Part shown: in pieces, positions 19,642-27,968 of the stretch
How the letters are laid out: each line of letters opens with the position of its first letter
Numbering within the stretch: the first letter of the stretch is position 1
Source of the DNA: an uncultured Ruminococcus sp.
GTDB lineage: Bacteria; Bacillota; Clostridia; Oscillospirales; CAG-382
DNA: 64,000 nt
Direction of reading: 5' to 3'
Assembly: GCA_964530795.1 (NCBI GenBank)
Contig: CAZHBX010000001.1
Location: forward strand, 92-64,091
Program-made: the position numbers and the translations under genes
The notes under the pieces: model-generated
Databases searched by the model: none
Told to the model about the DNA's origin: nothing
Seen by the model: only the letters and a program-made list of their open reading frames with translations

Positions 19642-21068
19642 ACCCCCGCGTCCTCGAGCACCGCTTCGAATACCCGTCCGACCTCCTCGGCCAGCACCGT
19701 TTCCACGTTTTCCGGCGTAACCGTCCGCGCCTTACACACGCTTTCGAACCAGTCCGCATGGGACGCCGTCCCCGGCGTGTCGAGGGGCAGATCCGCACGG
19801 AACCGTCCGGCGACCTCCTCCAGTTCGCCCTTCAGTCGAGCGGGAAGGACCGCAAGCCCCATGACCTCGATCAGTCCGATGTTTTCCTTCTTGATATGGT
19901 GTTTTTCGGCGTGCGGGTGGTAGAGCCCGCCGGGGTGCTCGGGAGTCGTGAGGTTGTTGCGGAGTACGAGGTCAAGCTGGTACGCATCCCCACGCCGCCG
20001 TGCGATCGGGGTGATGGTGTTGTGCTTCCCGGTCCCGGTTTCGGCGTACACGCGGGCCGCCTCGTCCGTGTACGTCCGCCAGGTATCCAGCACCTTCGAC
20101 GCCAGTGAGGACACCTCCGCCCGCTCGCCGGTCAGCCGCAGCACGGTCAAAGGCCAGTACAGCCGCTCCGCCTTTACATCCGAAAAATCCCGCAGCGTGT
20201 ACGTCTCCGCCGTTTTCGCCCGCTCCATCGCGAACGTGTACCGTCCGCCCTGAAAGTGGTCGTGCGTCAGAATCGAACCGCCGACGATCGGCAGGTCGGC
20301 GTTCGAGCCGATGAAGTAGTGCGGGAAAAGTCCGACAAAGTCGAGCAGCCGTTCAAACGTCTCATGCGTGATCCGCATCGGGACATGTTTTTCATGAAAA
20401 ACAATGCAATGCTCCGGATAGTACACGTACGGCGAGTACTGGAACCACCACCAATCCCCCGCGAGCGTAACCGGGACGGCCCGCAGGTTCTGCCGCGCGG
20501 GGTGGTCCAGCCGTCCGGCGTAGCCGACGTTCTCGCCGCACAGCTGGCAGCGGGGGTATTTTTCTCCGCCCGCCGCCTTGAGCGCCGCCGCGATGGCCTT
20601 CGGGTCCTTCTCCGGCTTTGAAAGGTTGATTGTGATGTCCAGCGTGCCGTATTTCCCGTCGTACGTCCAGCGCAGGTCCTTCGCGACCCGCTCGGTGCGG
20701 ATATAGTTGCAGTCCCGGCTCAGCCGGTAGAACCCGTCCGTCGCCGTCTGCGGGCTTTTTTTGTAATCCACCGCGAATTTGTCCTGCACGGCCGACGGCA
20801 ACGGGGTGAACAGCGCCATGACCTTCGTGTCGAATAAATCCCGCTCGGTCGTGCCGTCGCCAATCACCCCATTCTGCACCGCCCGATCGCACAGCCCGTC
20901 CAGCAGCGCTTGCAGCGAATCCGTGGGCGGCGTCTCCGCGGGCGGAACGTACGTATCCTCCCCGAGCAGCTCCAGCAGCCGGTTCCGGTAGTACACCCGG
21001 TCCCGCTCGTCCGCGAGACCCTTCCGCTGCGCATAGTCGATCAGCGCGTCGATCCAGCCAATTTCCAT
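19572..21068 (-). CDS. galT: UDP-glucose--hexose-1-phosphate uridylyltransferase, type 2
   Basis: About 500-aa Firmicute-type GalT (KYPRCQLC, SPYVYYPEHCIVF, GGSILTHDHFQGG). ATG 21068 (MEIGWIDAL) is preferred because GGAGG lies 8 nt upstream. The track ORF begins at GTG 21086. Confidence 0.85.
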   Translation of the reverse strand: MEIGWIDALIDYAQRKGLADERDRVYYRNRLLELLGEDTYVPPAETPPTDSLQALLDGLCDRAVQNGVIGDGTTERDLFDTKVMALFTPLPSAVQDKFAVDYKKSPQTATDGFYRLSRDCNYIRTERVAKDLRWTYDGKYGTLDITINLSKPEKDPKAIAAALKAAGGEKYPRCQLCGENVGYAGRLDHPARQNLRAVPVTLAGDWWWFQYSPYVYYPEHCIVFHEKHVPMRITHETFERLLDFVGLFPHYFIGSNADLPIVGGSILTHDHFQGGRYTFAMERAKTAETYTLRDFSDVKAERLYWPLTVLRLTGERAEVSSLASKVLDTWRTYTDEAARVYAETGTGKHNTITPIARRRGDAYQLDLVLRNNLTTPEHPGGLYHPHAEKHHIKKENIGLIEVMGLAVLPARLKGELEEVAGRFRADLPLDTPGTASHADWFESVCKARTVTPENVETVLAEEVGRVFEAVLEDAGVYRPDERGGAAFGRFLEALERRN

Positions 21069-21139
21069 CCGCATCCCCTCCGCCACATGCTTTCCATAAT
21101 CTCAGTATACCGCATTTTTCGCCGTTCGTCAAGAAAGGT

Positions 21140-21168
21140 TTGACAAATTCCGAAAAATGTTTTATACT
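21140..21168 (+). promoter_or_regulatory. Sigma-A type promoter of the small secreted-protein gene
   Basis: TTGACA (21140-21145), 17-nt spacer, TATACT (21163-21168). Confidence 0.7.
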
Positions 21169-21213
21169 GTTTGATACTGTAGAAAATATGCTCCGTGAAA
21201 GGGGTTTTCCGCC

Positions 21214-21492
21214 ATGGCTTTCGCACGTCGCGCTTTGCTGCTCTCGCTCTGCTTCTGCGTCCTCCTGCCCGTCCTCGCCCTCCCCGCGCTCGCGTCATCC
21301 GAGCCTTCCGAGTCATCCGAGCCTTCGCCGCTCTCTCCCGTCGAACGAGTTTTCCAAATCGTTTCGCTCGTTATCCTGTTCGGCGGCATCGTCCTCTTGC
21401 CCGTCTATTTCGTCCTCAATTCCCGCCGGAAGCGCATGATCGCTTCGTTTGGAAAGGATCAAGGGGAGGATAAGGAAGACAAAGGCGAGTAA
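21214..21492 (+). CDS. Small hypothetical protein with signal peptide and C-terminal TM helix
   Basis: Signal-like N-terminus (LLLSLCFCVLLPVLALPALA), a SEPSESSEPS duplication from an 18-bp repeat, one TM helix and an acidic tail. A strong promoter lies upstream. Confidence 0.5.
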   Translation: MAFARRALLLSLCFCVLLPVLALPALASSEPSESSEPSPLSPVERVFQIVSLVILFGGIVLLPVYFVLNSRRKRMIASFGKDQGEDKEDKGE

Positions 21493-21694
21493 TCGTCCAA
21501 ACGTACCCCTTTACGTAATCATTTTTCCAATGAAATGACCGTGAGTACCCCGCCGTAAACTTGAAACCGCACTTCGCACCCGGCGGGCGGGAAGCCGTAT
21601 ACGCAGGACGGATCGCTCTGGCGCGGAACGCCGAATTTCGCCGGGAATGCGATGCGGATGGCCGCGAAGGGAAAAGACGGGTTCGGTCACCGTG

Positions 21695-22507
21695 TCAGCC
21701 CTGCTCGCGGATGTGCACGTCAACTTGGTGGAACGGGATCTCGATTCCGGTCTTGTCAAAGGCGCGCTTAACCGTTTCGGTCAGCTCCCACTGCACGGTC
21801 CAGTAGTCCTCACTCTTGCACCACGCGCGGAGCGTGAAGAGCAGAGCGCTTTCGTCCTGCTTGGTCATGTGGACGACCGGCGCGGGGGTGGAGAGCACCT
21901 GCGGGTGCGCTTCCGCGACGGCGAGCAGGACGCTGCGGACGCGGTCGATGTCGCTGTCGTAGGCAACGCCGAAGGTCACGTCCGCGCGAATGACCTCGTA
22001 GCCGGTGTAGTTGACGACGGAACTGTTCATCAGCGTGCCGTTCGGCAGGGTGACCCGCTTGTTGTCCGCCGTGCAGAGGGTGGTATAGAACAGCCCGATT
22101 TCCTTGACCGTCCCAACGTAATCCTGCGTGCTGATGAGCGCGCCGACGCGGAAGGGTTTGAAAATCAGGAGCATAATCCCGCCGGCGAGGTTGGAAAGCG
22201 AACCCTGCAGCGCAAGACCGATTGCGGCGCCGATGGTCGCGATGACCGTGATGACCGAGGACATCGGCACGCCGAGGATGCTGATGGCGGTGACGATCAG
22301 GATGGCCTTGACGGCGAAGGTCAGGATGCGTAAGAGGATCGACAGGACGGAATTGTCCATTTTCGCGGAGAACTTGCCACGGCGAATCCGCTTGGACACG
22401 AATTCGCACAGCCAGAAACCCACGGCCAGCACCACAGCGGCGAGGACCAGCCGCCCGCCGTAGGAGATGGCAAAGTTGACGACCGTTTCCAGGATGGAGT
22501 TAAACAT
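21695..22507 (-). CDS. mscS: Small-conductance mechanosensitive channel (MscS family)
   Basis: Three N-terminal TM helices with the pore-lining GAAIGLALQGSLSNLAGG, followed by the beta-domain motif (FRVGALI...G.V..I..F.T). Confidence 0.9.
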   Translation of the reverse strand: MFNSILETVVNFAISYGGRLVLAAVVLAVGFWLCEFVSKRIRRGKFSAKMDNSVLSILLRILTFAVKAILIVTAISILGVPMSSVITVIATIGAAIGLALQGSLSNLAGGIMLLIFKPFRVGALISTQDYVGTVKEIGLFYTTLCTADNKRVTLPNGTLMNSSVVNYTGYEVIRADVTFGVAYDSDIDRVRSVLLAVAEAHPQVLSTPAPVVHMTKQDESALLFTLRAWCKSEDYWTVQWELTETVKRAFDKTGIEIPFHQVDVHIREQG

Positions 22508-22543
22508 ACGAAGAAAAGCACCTCCGAAACCTTTTTTCTTTAT

Positions 22544-22572
22544 ATTTTAACGGCTCGCGGGACGGTTGTCAA
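22544..22572 (-). promoter_or_regulatory. Sigma-A type promoter of mscS
   Basis: Minus strand: TTGACA (22572-22567), 17-nt spacer, TAAAAT (22549-22544). Confidence 0.7.
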
Positions 22573-22624
22573 GGGCGAAACGAAAAGGTTTACAAATTTT
22601 CACAGATTTTATGCGGCAGACTTC

Positions 22625-22653
22625 TTGACAAGCGAACGAAGAAAAGGTATACT
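22625..22653 (+). promoter_or_regulatory. Sigma-A type promoter of parA-parB
   Basis: TTGACA (22625-22630), 17-nt spacer, TATACT (22648-22653). Confidence 0.75.
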
Positions 22654-22695
22654 AAATTGAATAGAAATTCTGCCGATGCGAAAGGGGGCAAGCCG

Positions 22696-23475
22696 ATGGG
22701 AAGGGGGAAGATTCTCTGCTTTGCCAACCAGAAGGGCGGCGTCGGGAAAACTACGTCGGCGCTGAACCTCGCCGCCTGCCTCGCGCGGGCGGGGAAGCGG
22801 GTGCTGCTCGTGGACGCCGATCCGCAGGGGAACGCTACGACCGGCATCGGCGTGCGCAAAAAGGATGTGCGCCTGACGGTTTACGACGTGCTCATCGGGC
22901 GCGCGCAGGCGGGACAGGCGGTCATCCGCACGAACGTCGCGAACCTGTCACTGCTCCCGTCGGGAATTGACCTTGTTGGGGCGGAAATCGAGCTCGTCGA
23001 AGAGGACCGGCGGGAGTACCGGCTCCGGGACGCGCTCGAACCGCTCCGGAAGGAATACGATTACCTGCTCATCGACTGTCCCCCGGCGCTCGGGCTGGTG
23101 ACGATCAACACGCTTGTCGCGTCGGACGGGGTGATCATCCCGATGCTGTGCGAATACTACTCACTGGAAGGGCTTTCTCAGCTTTCAAACACCGTCCGGC
23201 TCATCCGCAAGCGGTTTAACCCGTCGCTGGAGCTGGTTGGGGTGTTGATCAACATGTATGACGGGCGGCTGAACCTGACGGTCAGCGTGCTCGAGGAAAT
23301 TAAGAAGTTCTTCCCCGGCAAGCTGTTCCGCACGCCGATCCCGCGCTCCGTCCGCATCAGCGAAGCGCCGAGCTACGGAATGTCGATTCTGGACTACGAC
23401 CGAAACGGCAAAGGAGCCGCCGCCTACGCGGCGGTCGCGCGGGAGCTGATGGAACGGTGCGCACCGACTGCGTGA
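22696..23475 (+). CDS. soj: Chromosome partitioning ATPase ParA/Soj
   Basis: Deviant Walker A motif NQKGGVGKTTS and the ParA-family core. ATG 22696 follows the AAAGGGGG RBS. Confidence 0.9.
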   Translation: MGRGKILCFANQKGGVGKTTSALNLAACLARAGKRVLLVDADPQGNATTGIGVRKKDVRLTVYDVLIGRAQAGQAVIRTNVANLSLLPSGIDLVGAEIELVEEDRREYRLRDALEPLRKEYDYLLIDCPPALGLVTINTLVASDGVIIPMLCEYYSLEGLSQLSNTVRLIRKRFNPSLELVGVLINMYDGRLNLTVSVLEEIKKFFPGKLFRTPIPRSVRISEAPSYGMSILDYDRNGKGAAAYAAVARELMERCAPTA

Positions 23476-23491
23476 AAGGAGCGAGAGGTTC

Positions 23492-24385
23492 ATGGCAAAA
23501 AGAGGGCTTGGGCGCGGGTATGACGCTCTGATTTCCGACAACCAGACCGGCGGAACGGAAGCGGACGGGAATCTGGTCTCCCTGCGGCTTTCGGAAATCG
23601 AACCGAATCGCAAGCAGGCCCGCAAGCGCTTCGACGAGCAGTCGCTCGCCGAACTCGCCGGGTCGATCGCCGCCCACGGACTGCTTGAGCCGATTGTCGT
23701 GCGGCGGAAGGAGAACGGATACTACGAGATCGTCGCCGGGGAGCGCCGCTGGAGAGCCGCCCGGATGGCGGGACTGAATGAGCTGCCCGCGCTGGTGCGG
23801 GAACTGAGCGACGAGGAAGCCGCGCTGCTCTCGCTGATCGAGAATCTGCAGCGCAAGGACCTCAACCCGGTCGAGGAAGCGAAAGGTTACCGCGACCTGA
23901 TCGACGGATTCAATCTGACGCAGGAGGAAGCGGCGAACCGAGTCGGGAAATCCCGTGAAGCGGTCGCGAATCTGCTGCGGTTGCTGAAGCTGCCGGACGC
24001 GGTGCTGAATCTGGTCGAGTCGGGCGCGTTGTCCTACGGGCACGCGCGTGCACTGCTGCCGCTGGCGGAGCGGCTTTCGGAAAAGGAGCTGCTCGCGTTC
24101 GCCGAAAAGGTCGCATCGGAGGGGTATTCCGTGCGGCAGACCGAATCTCTGGTGCGCTCCCTGCGGAGCAGGCAAACCGAACAGAAACCGGAAAACCCGG
24201 TCCGGACGGAGTACTACCGCCGCCTCGAGCGCTGCGTCAGCGAACGAGCGGGGCGGAAGGCGACCATCCGGCTTGCGGAGGACGGGAGCGGAAAGCTGCT
24301 GCTCGCGTTCGCGTCCGCCGGGGACTTGGAGGAGCTGCTGAGGACCCTCTGCGGGGACGGGCTTTTTGAGGAGCTTTCCAACTGA
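23492..24385 (+). CDS. spo0J: Chromosome partitioning protein ParB/Spo0J
   Basis: ParB box (GLLEPIVVR, IVAGERRWRAA) and the HTH segment LTQEEAANRVGKSREAVANLLRLL. Confidence 0.9.
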   Translation: MAKRGLGRGYDALISDNQTGGTEADGNLVSLRLSEIEPNRKQARKRFDEQSLAELAGSIAAHGLLEPIVVRRKENGYYEIVAGERRWRAARMAGLNELPALVRELSDEEAALLSLIENLQRKDLNPVEEAKGYRDLIDGFNLTQEEAANRVGKSREAVANLLRLLKLPDAVLNLVESGALSYGHARALLPLAERLSEKELLAFAEKVASEGYSVRQTESLVRSLRSRQTEQKPENPVRTEYYRRLERCVSERAGRKATIRLAEDGSGKLLLAFASAGDLEELLRTLCGDGLFEELSN

Positions 24386-24440
24386 AACAGGGGAAAAATT
24401 CACATTCGATTGATTTTCAGAAAAAAGGACGATACGGGAC

Positions 24441-25718
24441 ATGATTGACATCAAGGTACTGCGCGAGCAGCCGGAAGAGGTCCGGGAAAATATCCGCAAG
24501 AAGTTTCAGCAGGACAAGCTCCCGCTCGTGGACCGGGCGCTGGAGCTGGACGGACGCAACCGCGCCATTAAGAGCGAGGTCGAAGCCCTGCGCTCCGAAC
24601 GCAACAAGGGCTCGAAGTCTATCGGCATGCTCATGGGGCAGGGCAAGCGGGAGGAAGCCGAGGCGCTCAAAAAGGAGATCGCGTCCCTTGGCGGCCGCAT
24701 TGACGCGCTTTCCGCCGAGGAAAAGCAGGTCGAGGAGGAGCTGCTCACCATCATGATGCGCATCCCGAACTTCATCGACCCCCGCGTCCCGATCGGCAGG
24801 GACGATAGCGAGAACGTCGAGCTCGAGCGGTTCGGCGAGCCGGTCGTGCCCCCGTTCGAGATTCCCTACCACACGGAGATCATGGAGAAACTGCACGGCA
24901 TCGACCTCGACGCCGCCGGACGGGTCGCCGGGAACGGGTTCTACTATCTCATGGGGGACGTCGCGCGACTGCATTCGGCGGTGCTGACGTACGCCCGGGA
25001 CTTCATGATCGACCGGGGATTCACCTACTGCATTCCCCCGTTCATGATCCGCTCCGCCGTCGCGAACGGGGTCATGAGCTTCGCGGAAATGGACGCGATG
25101 ATGTATAAGATCGAGGGCGAGGACCTCTACCTGATCGGCACGTCCGAGCATTCCATGATCGGGCGGTTCATCGACCAAATCCTCGATGCGTCGTCCCTTC
25201 CGCTGACGTTGACGAGCTACTCCCCCTGCTTCCGCAAGGAGAAGGGCGCCCACGGCATCGAGGAGCGCGGGGTCTACCGCATCCACCAGTTTGAAAAGCA
25301 GGAGATGATCGTCGTCTGTCGTCCGGAGGAGTCGCCGATGTGGTTCGACAAACTCTGGCGGAACACAGTCGATCTGTTCCGTTCGATGGACATTCCGGTG
25401 CGGACGCTGGAATGCTGCTCGGGCGACCTCGCGGACCTGAAAGTACGCTCGGTGGACGTCGAGGCGTGGTCCCCCCGGCAAAAGAAGTATTTCGAGGTCG
25501 GGAGCTGCTCGAACCTCGGCGACGCGCAGGCGCGCCGTCTGCGCATCCGTGTAAACGGCGCCGACGGCAAGTACCTGCCGCACACGCTCAACAACACCGT
25601 CGTCGCACCGCCCCGGATGCTGATCGCTTTCCTCGAAAACAACCTGCAATCTGACGGGAGCGTCCGAATTCCAAAAGCGCTTCGTCCGTATATGGGCGGA
25701 AAGACGGAGCTTCGCTGA
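24441..25718 (+). CDS. serS: Serine--tRNA ligase
   Basis: N-terminal coiled-coil arm plus class II aaRS motifs (FRKEKGAHG, YRIHQFEKQEM, NNTVVAPPR). Confidence 0.95.
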   Translation: MIDIKVLREQPEEVRENIRKKFQQDKLPLVDRALELDGRNRAIKSEVEALRSERNKGSKSIGMLMGQGKREEAEALKKEIASLGGRIDALSAEEKQVEEELLTIMMRIPNFIDPRVPIGRDDSENVELERFGEPVVPPFEIPYHTEIMEKLHGIDLDAAGRVAGNGFYYLMGDVARLHSAVLTYARDFMIDRGFTYCIPPFMIRSAVANGVMSFAEMDAMMYKIEGEDLYLIGTSEHSMIGRFIDQILDASSLPLTLTSYSPCFRKEKGAHGIEERGVYRIHQFEKQEMIVVCRPEESPMWFDKLWRNTVDLFRSMDIPVRTLECCSGDLADLKVRSVDVEAWSPRQKKYFEVGSCSNLGDAQARRLRIRVNGADGKYLPHTLNNTVVAPPRMLIAFLENNLQSDGSVRIPKALRPYMGGKTELR

Positions 25719-25719
25719 A

Positions 25720-26151
25720 ATGAAGTCCGCCGTCGCAATCGTCTGGATGATATTGGCGGGAATCGGCGTCGCATCCGTCTACCTCTGGTATTCCCGCGCT
25801 TTCCCGGGCAAGCTGGTTCGGAAGTTACTGGAGATTGACGCGACCTCGCCGGAAACGGCGGTCTCGCTCGAGACACTGCACGTCCGTTTAACCCCACCGC
25901 TGCGGTTCGCGCTGCGGGAGGGCGGAGCCTTGCAGGACGTGGTGCTGTCCCTGCCGTCGGAGGGCGGGGGAAAACTCTACTATCTCTCCCCCGACCGCCG
26001 GGACAAGGCCAAGGCAAAGTACCGTAACGAGGGCAACAGCATTCTGCTGGTCCTGTTCGCGATCGCCGCCCTGCTGCTGATCGGTCTGCTATTCTATTAC
26101 CTGTACCCGGTCGTTTCCGGCTGGCTGAGCGATTTTCTCGCCGCGAACTGA
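25720..26151 (+). CDS. Hypothetical membrane protein
   Basis: The ATG lies one nt after the serS stop. It has N- and C-terminal TM helices. No family was recognised. Confidence 0.5.
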   Translation: MKSAVAIVWMILAGIGVASVYLWYSRAFPGKLVRKLLEIDATSPETAVSLETLHVRLTPPLRFALREGGALQDVVLSLPSEGGGKLYYLSPDRRDKAKAKYRNEGNSILLVLFAIAALLLIGLLFYYLYPVVSGWLSDFLAAN

Positions 26152-26178
26152 CCGATCCCACCGAAAGGAGACACCCGC

Positions 26179-27075
26179 ATGAGAAGAAGAAATCCCCTAC
26201 ATATCGCCGTCGGCGTGGCCGTCGCGCTGGTGCTCGTGACGGTCGTCATCGTCCTGCTCGCCGGGTACCGCTACCTCTCCGAGGAGGGCGTGAAGTTCGT
26301 CGGGAAATCCATCGGCGGGCAACCCGCGGAGGGCGTGATCCATTACCCCGACGGCAGTTCGGCAAAACTGGATTCTGTCAACCGGACCATCACCTATGAC
26401 AACGGCGACGTCTACGAGGGGGACATCAGCGGCCTGTACCGCAACGGCAACGGCAAAATGACCTTTTCAAACGGCGACGTCTACGAAGGCGGATTCGTCA
26501 ACGATGAGATGAGCGGGAACGGCAAAATGACTTACGCCAACGGCGACGTCTACGAGGGCGGAATGCTCGAATCCATGAAGAACGGCTACGGGGTGTTTCG
26601 CTTCGTCAACGGGGATTCCTACGAGGGAACCTACGAAAAGGACGTCATGAGCGGGCAGGGAACGTTCACGTGGAGCTCCGGCGCACAGTACGTCGGGGCG
26701 TTCGCCGACGACGTCAAGAGCGGGAACGGCAAAATGACCTTTGAAAACGGCGACGTCTACGAGGGCGCCTTCGCGCAGGATATGCGCAACGGCAACGGGC
26801 AGTACACGTGGGCGGACGGAACCTCCTACACCGGAACCTTCCGCAACAACCTTATGGACACCCGCCTTGTTGACGCGAACGGCAACTTCGTCATTGGGTC
26901 CGACGGGGCGTACGCTCACGGGAGCGTCGCCTACTACACGACCGTGACGGAGAGCGGGAACAAGACCTACCGCGGGTACTTCGAGGCGGGCGTTATCGTC
27001 GCGGTGTACAGCGAATCCGGCGAGGCAGGCGACGCGAGTCAGCCCCTCCCCGGGGCGCAGGGGACGCAAGGATAA
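26179..27075 (+). CDS. Membrane-anchored MORN-repeat protein
   Basis: N-terminal TM anchor followed by about 8 consecutive MORN-type repeats (Y.G....G...G.G). An AAAGGAG RBS is present. Confidence 0.8.
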   Translation: MRRRNPLHIAVGVAVALVLVTVVIVLLAGYRYLSEEGVKFVGKSIGGQPAEGVIHYPDGSSAKLDSVNRTITYDNGDVYEGDISGLYRNGNGKMTFSNGDVYEGGFVNDEMSGNGKMTYANGDVYEGGMLESMKNGYGVFRFVNGDSYEGTYEKDVMSGQGTFTWSSGAQYVGAFADDVKSGNGKMTFENGDVYEGAFAQDMRNGNGQYTWADGTSYTGTFRNNLMDTRLVDANGNFVIGSDGAYAHGSVAYYTTVTESGNKTYRGYFEAGVIVAVYSESGEAGDASQPLPGAQGTQG

Positions 27076-27092
27076 GAAAGGACGGGAAACCT

Positions 27093-27968
27093 ATGGAAAA
27101 GCGGAAAGCGCGCTTCCGATTCTCCGCGTTCGCGGACGAGATTACACCGGAATTCGACGGACAGCTCGAAGCGCTTCAACAGTTAAACATTCCGCTTCTG
27201 GAGCTGCGCGGGGTGGACGGAAAGAGTTTTACCCTGCTGACGGATTCGGAAGCGGACGCGGTCAAACGGAAGCTGAAGGACGCAGGCATCGGTCTTTCGG
27301 CGCTCGGCTCGCCGATTGGCAAGCTGGACGCGGATGGGGATTGGGAAACCCACCGAAAGCTGTTTTTGCGGGTGCTGGAGCTCGGCGAACGGCTGGAATG
27401 CCGTCGGGTGCGGATATTTAGCTTCTACCCCGGCGCGCTTTCGGCGGAGGCGTTCGGGCAACGGGTGTTCGAGCGGCTCGGGGAACTGCTCGACATCGCC
27501 GACAGGCGGGGCTTTGAGCTCTGCCACGAGAACGAAAAGGACATCTACGGAGATTCCCCCGAACGGGAGGCGGCTCTGCTGCGGCACTTCGGCGGGCGGC
27601 TGCGCGCGGTGCTGGACCCCGGCAACTTCGCCTTCTGCCGGATGGACCCCTCCCCCGCCTATCCGCTGCTGAAGGACTACATTCGCTACTTCCACATCAA
27701 GGACGCCGACGAGAACGGGGTCATCGTCCCGCCGGGGAAAGGTGTCGCCGGGCTCGAACCGCTGCTCGCGAAGGTCGCGGATGACCGGGCAGGCGAGGAG
27801 GTCGTGCTGACCATGGAGCCCCATCTCATGGCGTTCACCGGGCTGTCCTCCCTCTCAAGACTGGAGGATATTCACCACAAATACACGTTTTCGTCGCCTT
27901 TTGAGGCCTTCCGCACTGCTTACGAGGCAACGCGGGAGATGGTTCGCCGTGTCTGCGAAGTTCAATAA
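27093..27968 (+). CDS. Sugar phosphate isomerase/epimerase (xylose-isomerase-like TIM barrel)
   Basis: The pattern of conserved acidic/His residues (CHENE, LDPGNF, HIKD, EP) is typical of the AP-endonuclease-2/TIM-barrel family. The call is by eye. Confidence 0.7.
   Translation: MEKRKARFRFSAFADEITPEFDGQLEALQQLNIPLLELRGVDGKSFTLLTDSEADAVKRKLKDAGIGLSALGSPIGKLDADGDWETHRKLFLRVLELGERLECRRVRIFSFYPGALSAEAFGQRVFERLGELLDIADRRGFELCHENEKDIYGDSPEREAALLRHFGGRLRAVLDPGNFAFCRMDPSPAYPLLKDYIRYFHIKDADENGVIVPPGKGVAGLEPLLAKVADDRAGEEVVLTMEPHLMAFTGLSSLSRLEDIHHKYTFSSPFEAFRTAYEATREMVRRVCEVQ

Noticed and set aside
24386-24440. Possible T-box leader upstream of serS
   Set aside because: Only 55 nt separate parB and serS. 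That is too short for a T-box, and there is no T-box sequence or terminator.
24417-25649. 410-aa minus-strand ORF opposite serS, and the similar long antisense ORFs 35784-37040, 12087-13190 and 57566-58951
   Set aside because: Each lies opposite a securely identified housekeeping gene (serS, mnmA, der, secY) and has the Arg/Asp/His-rich antisense composition.
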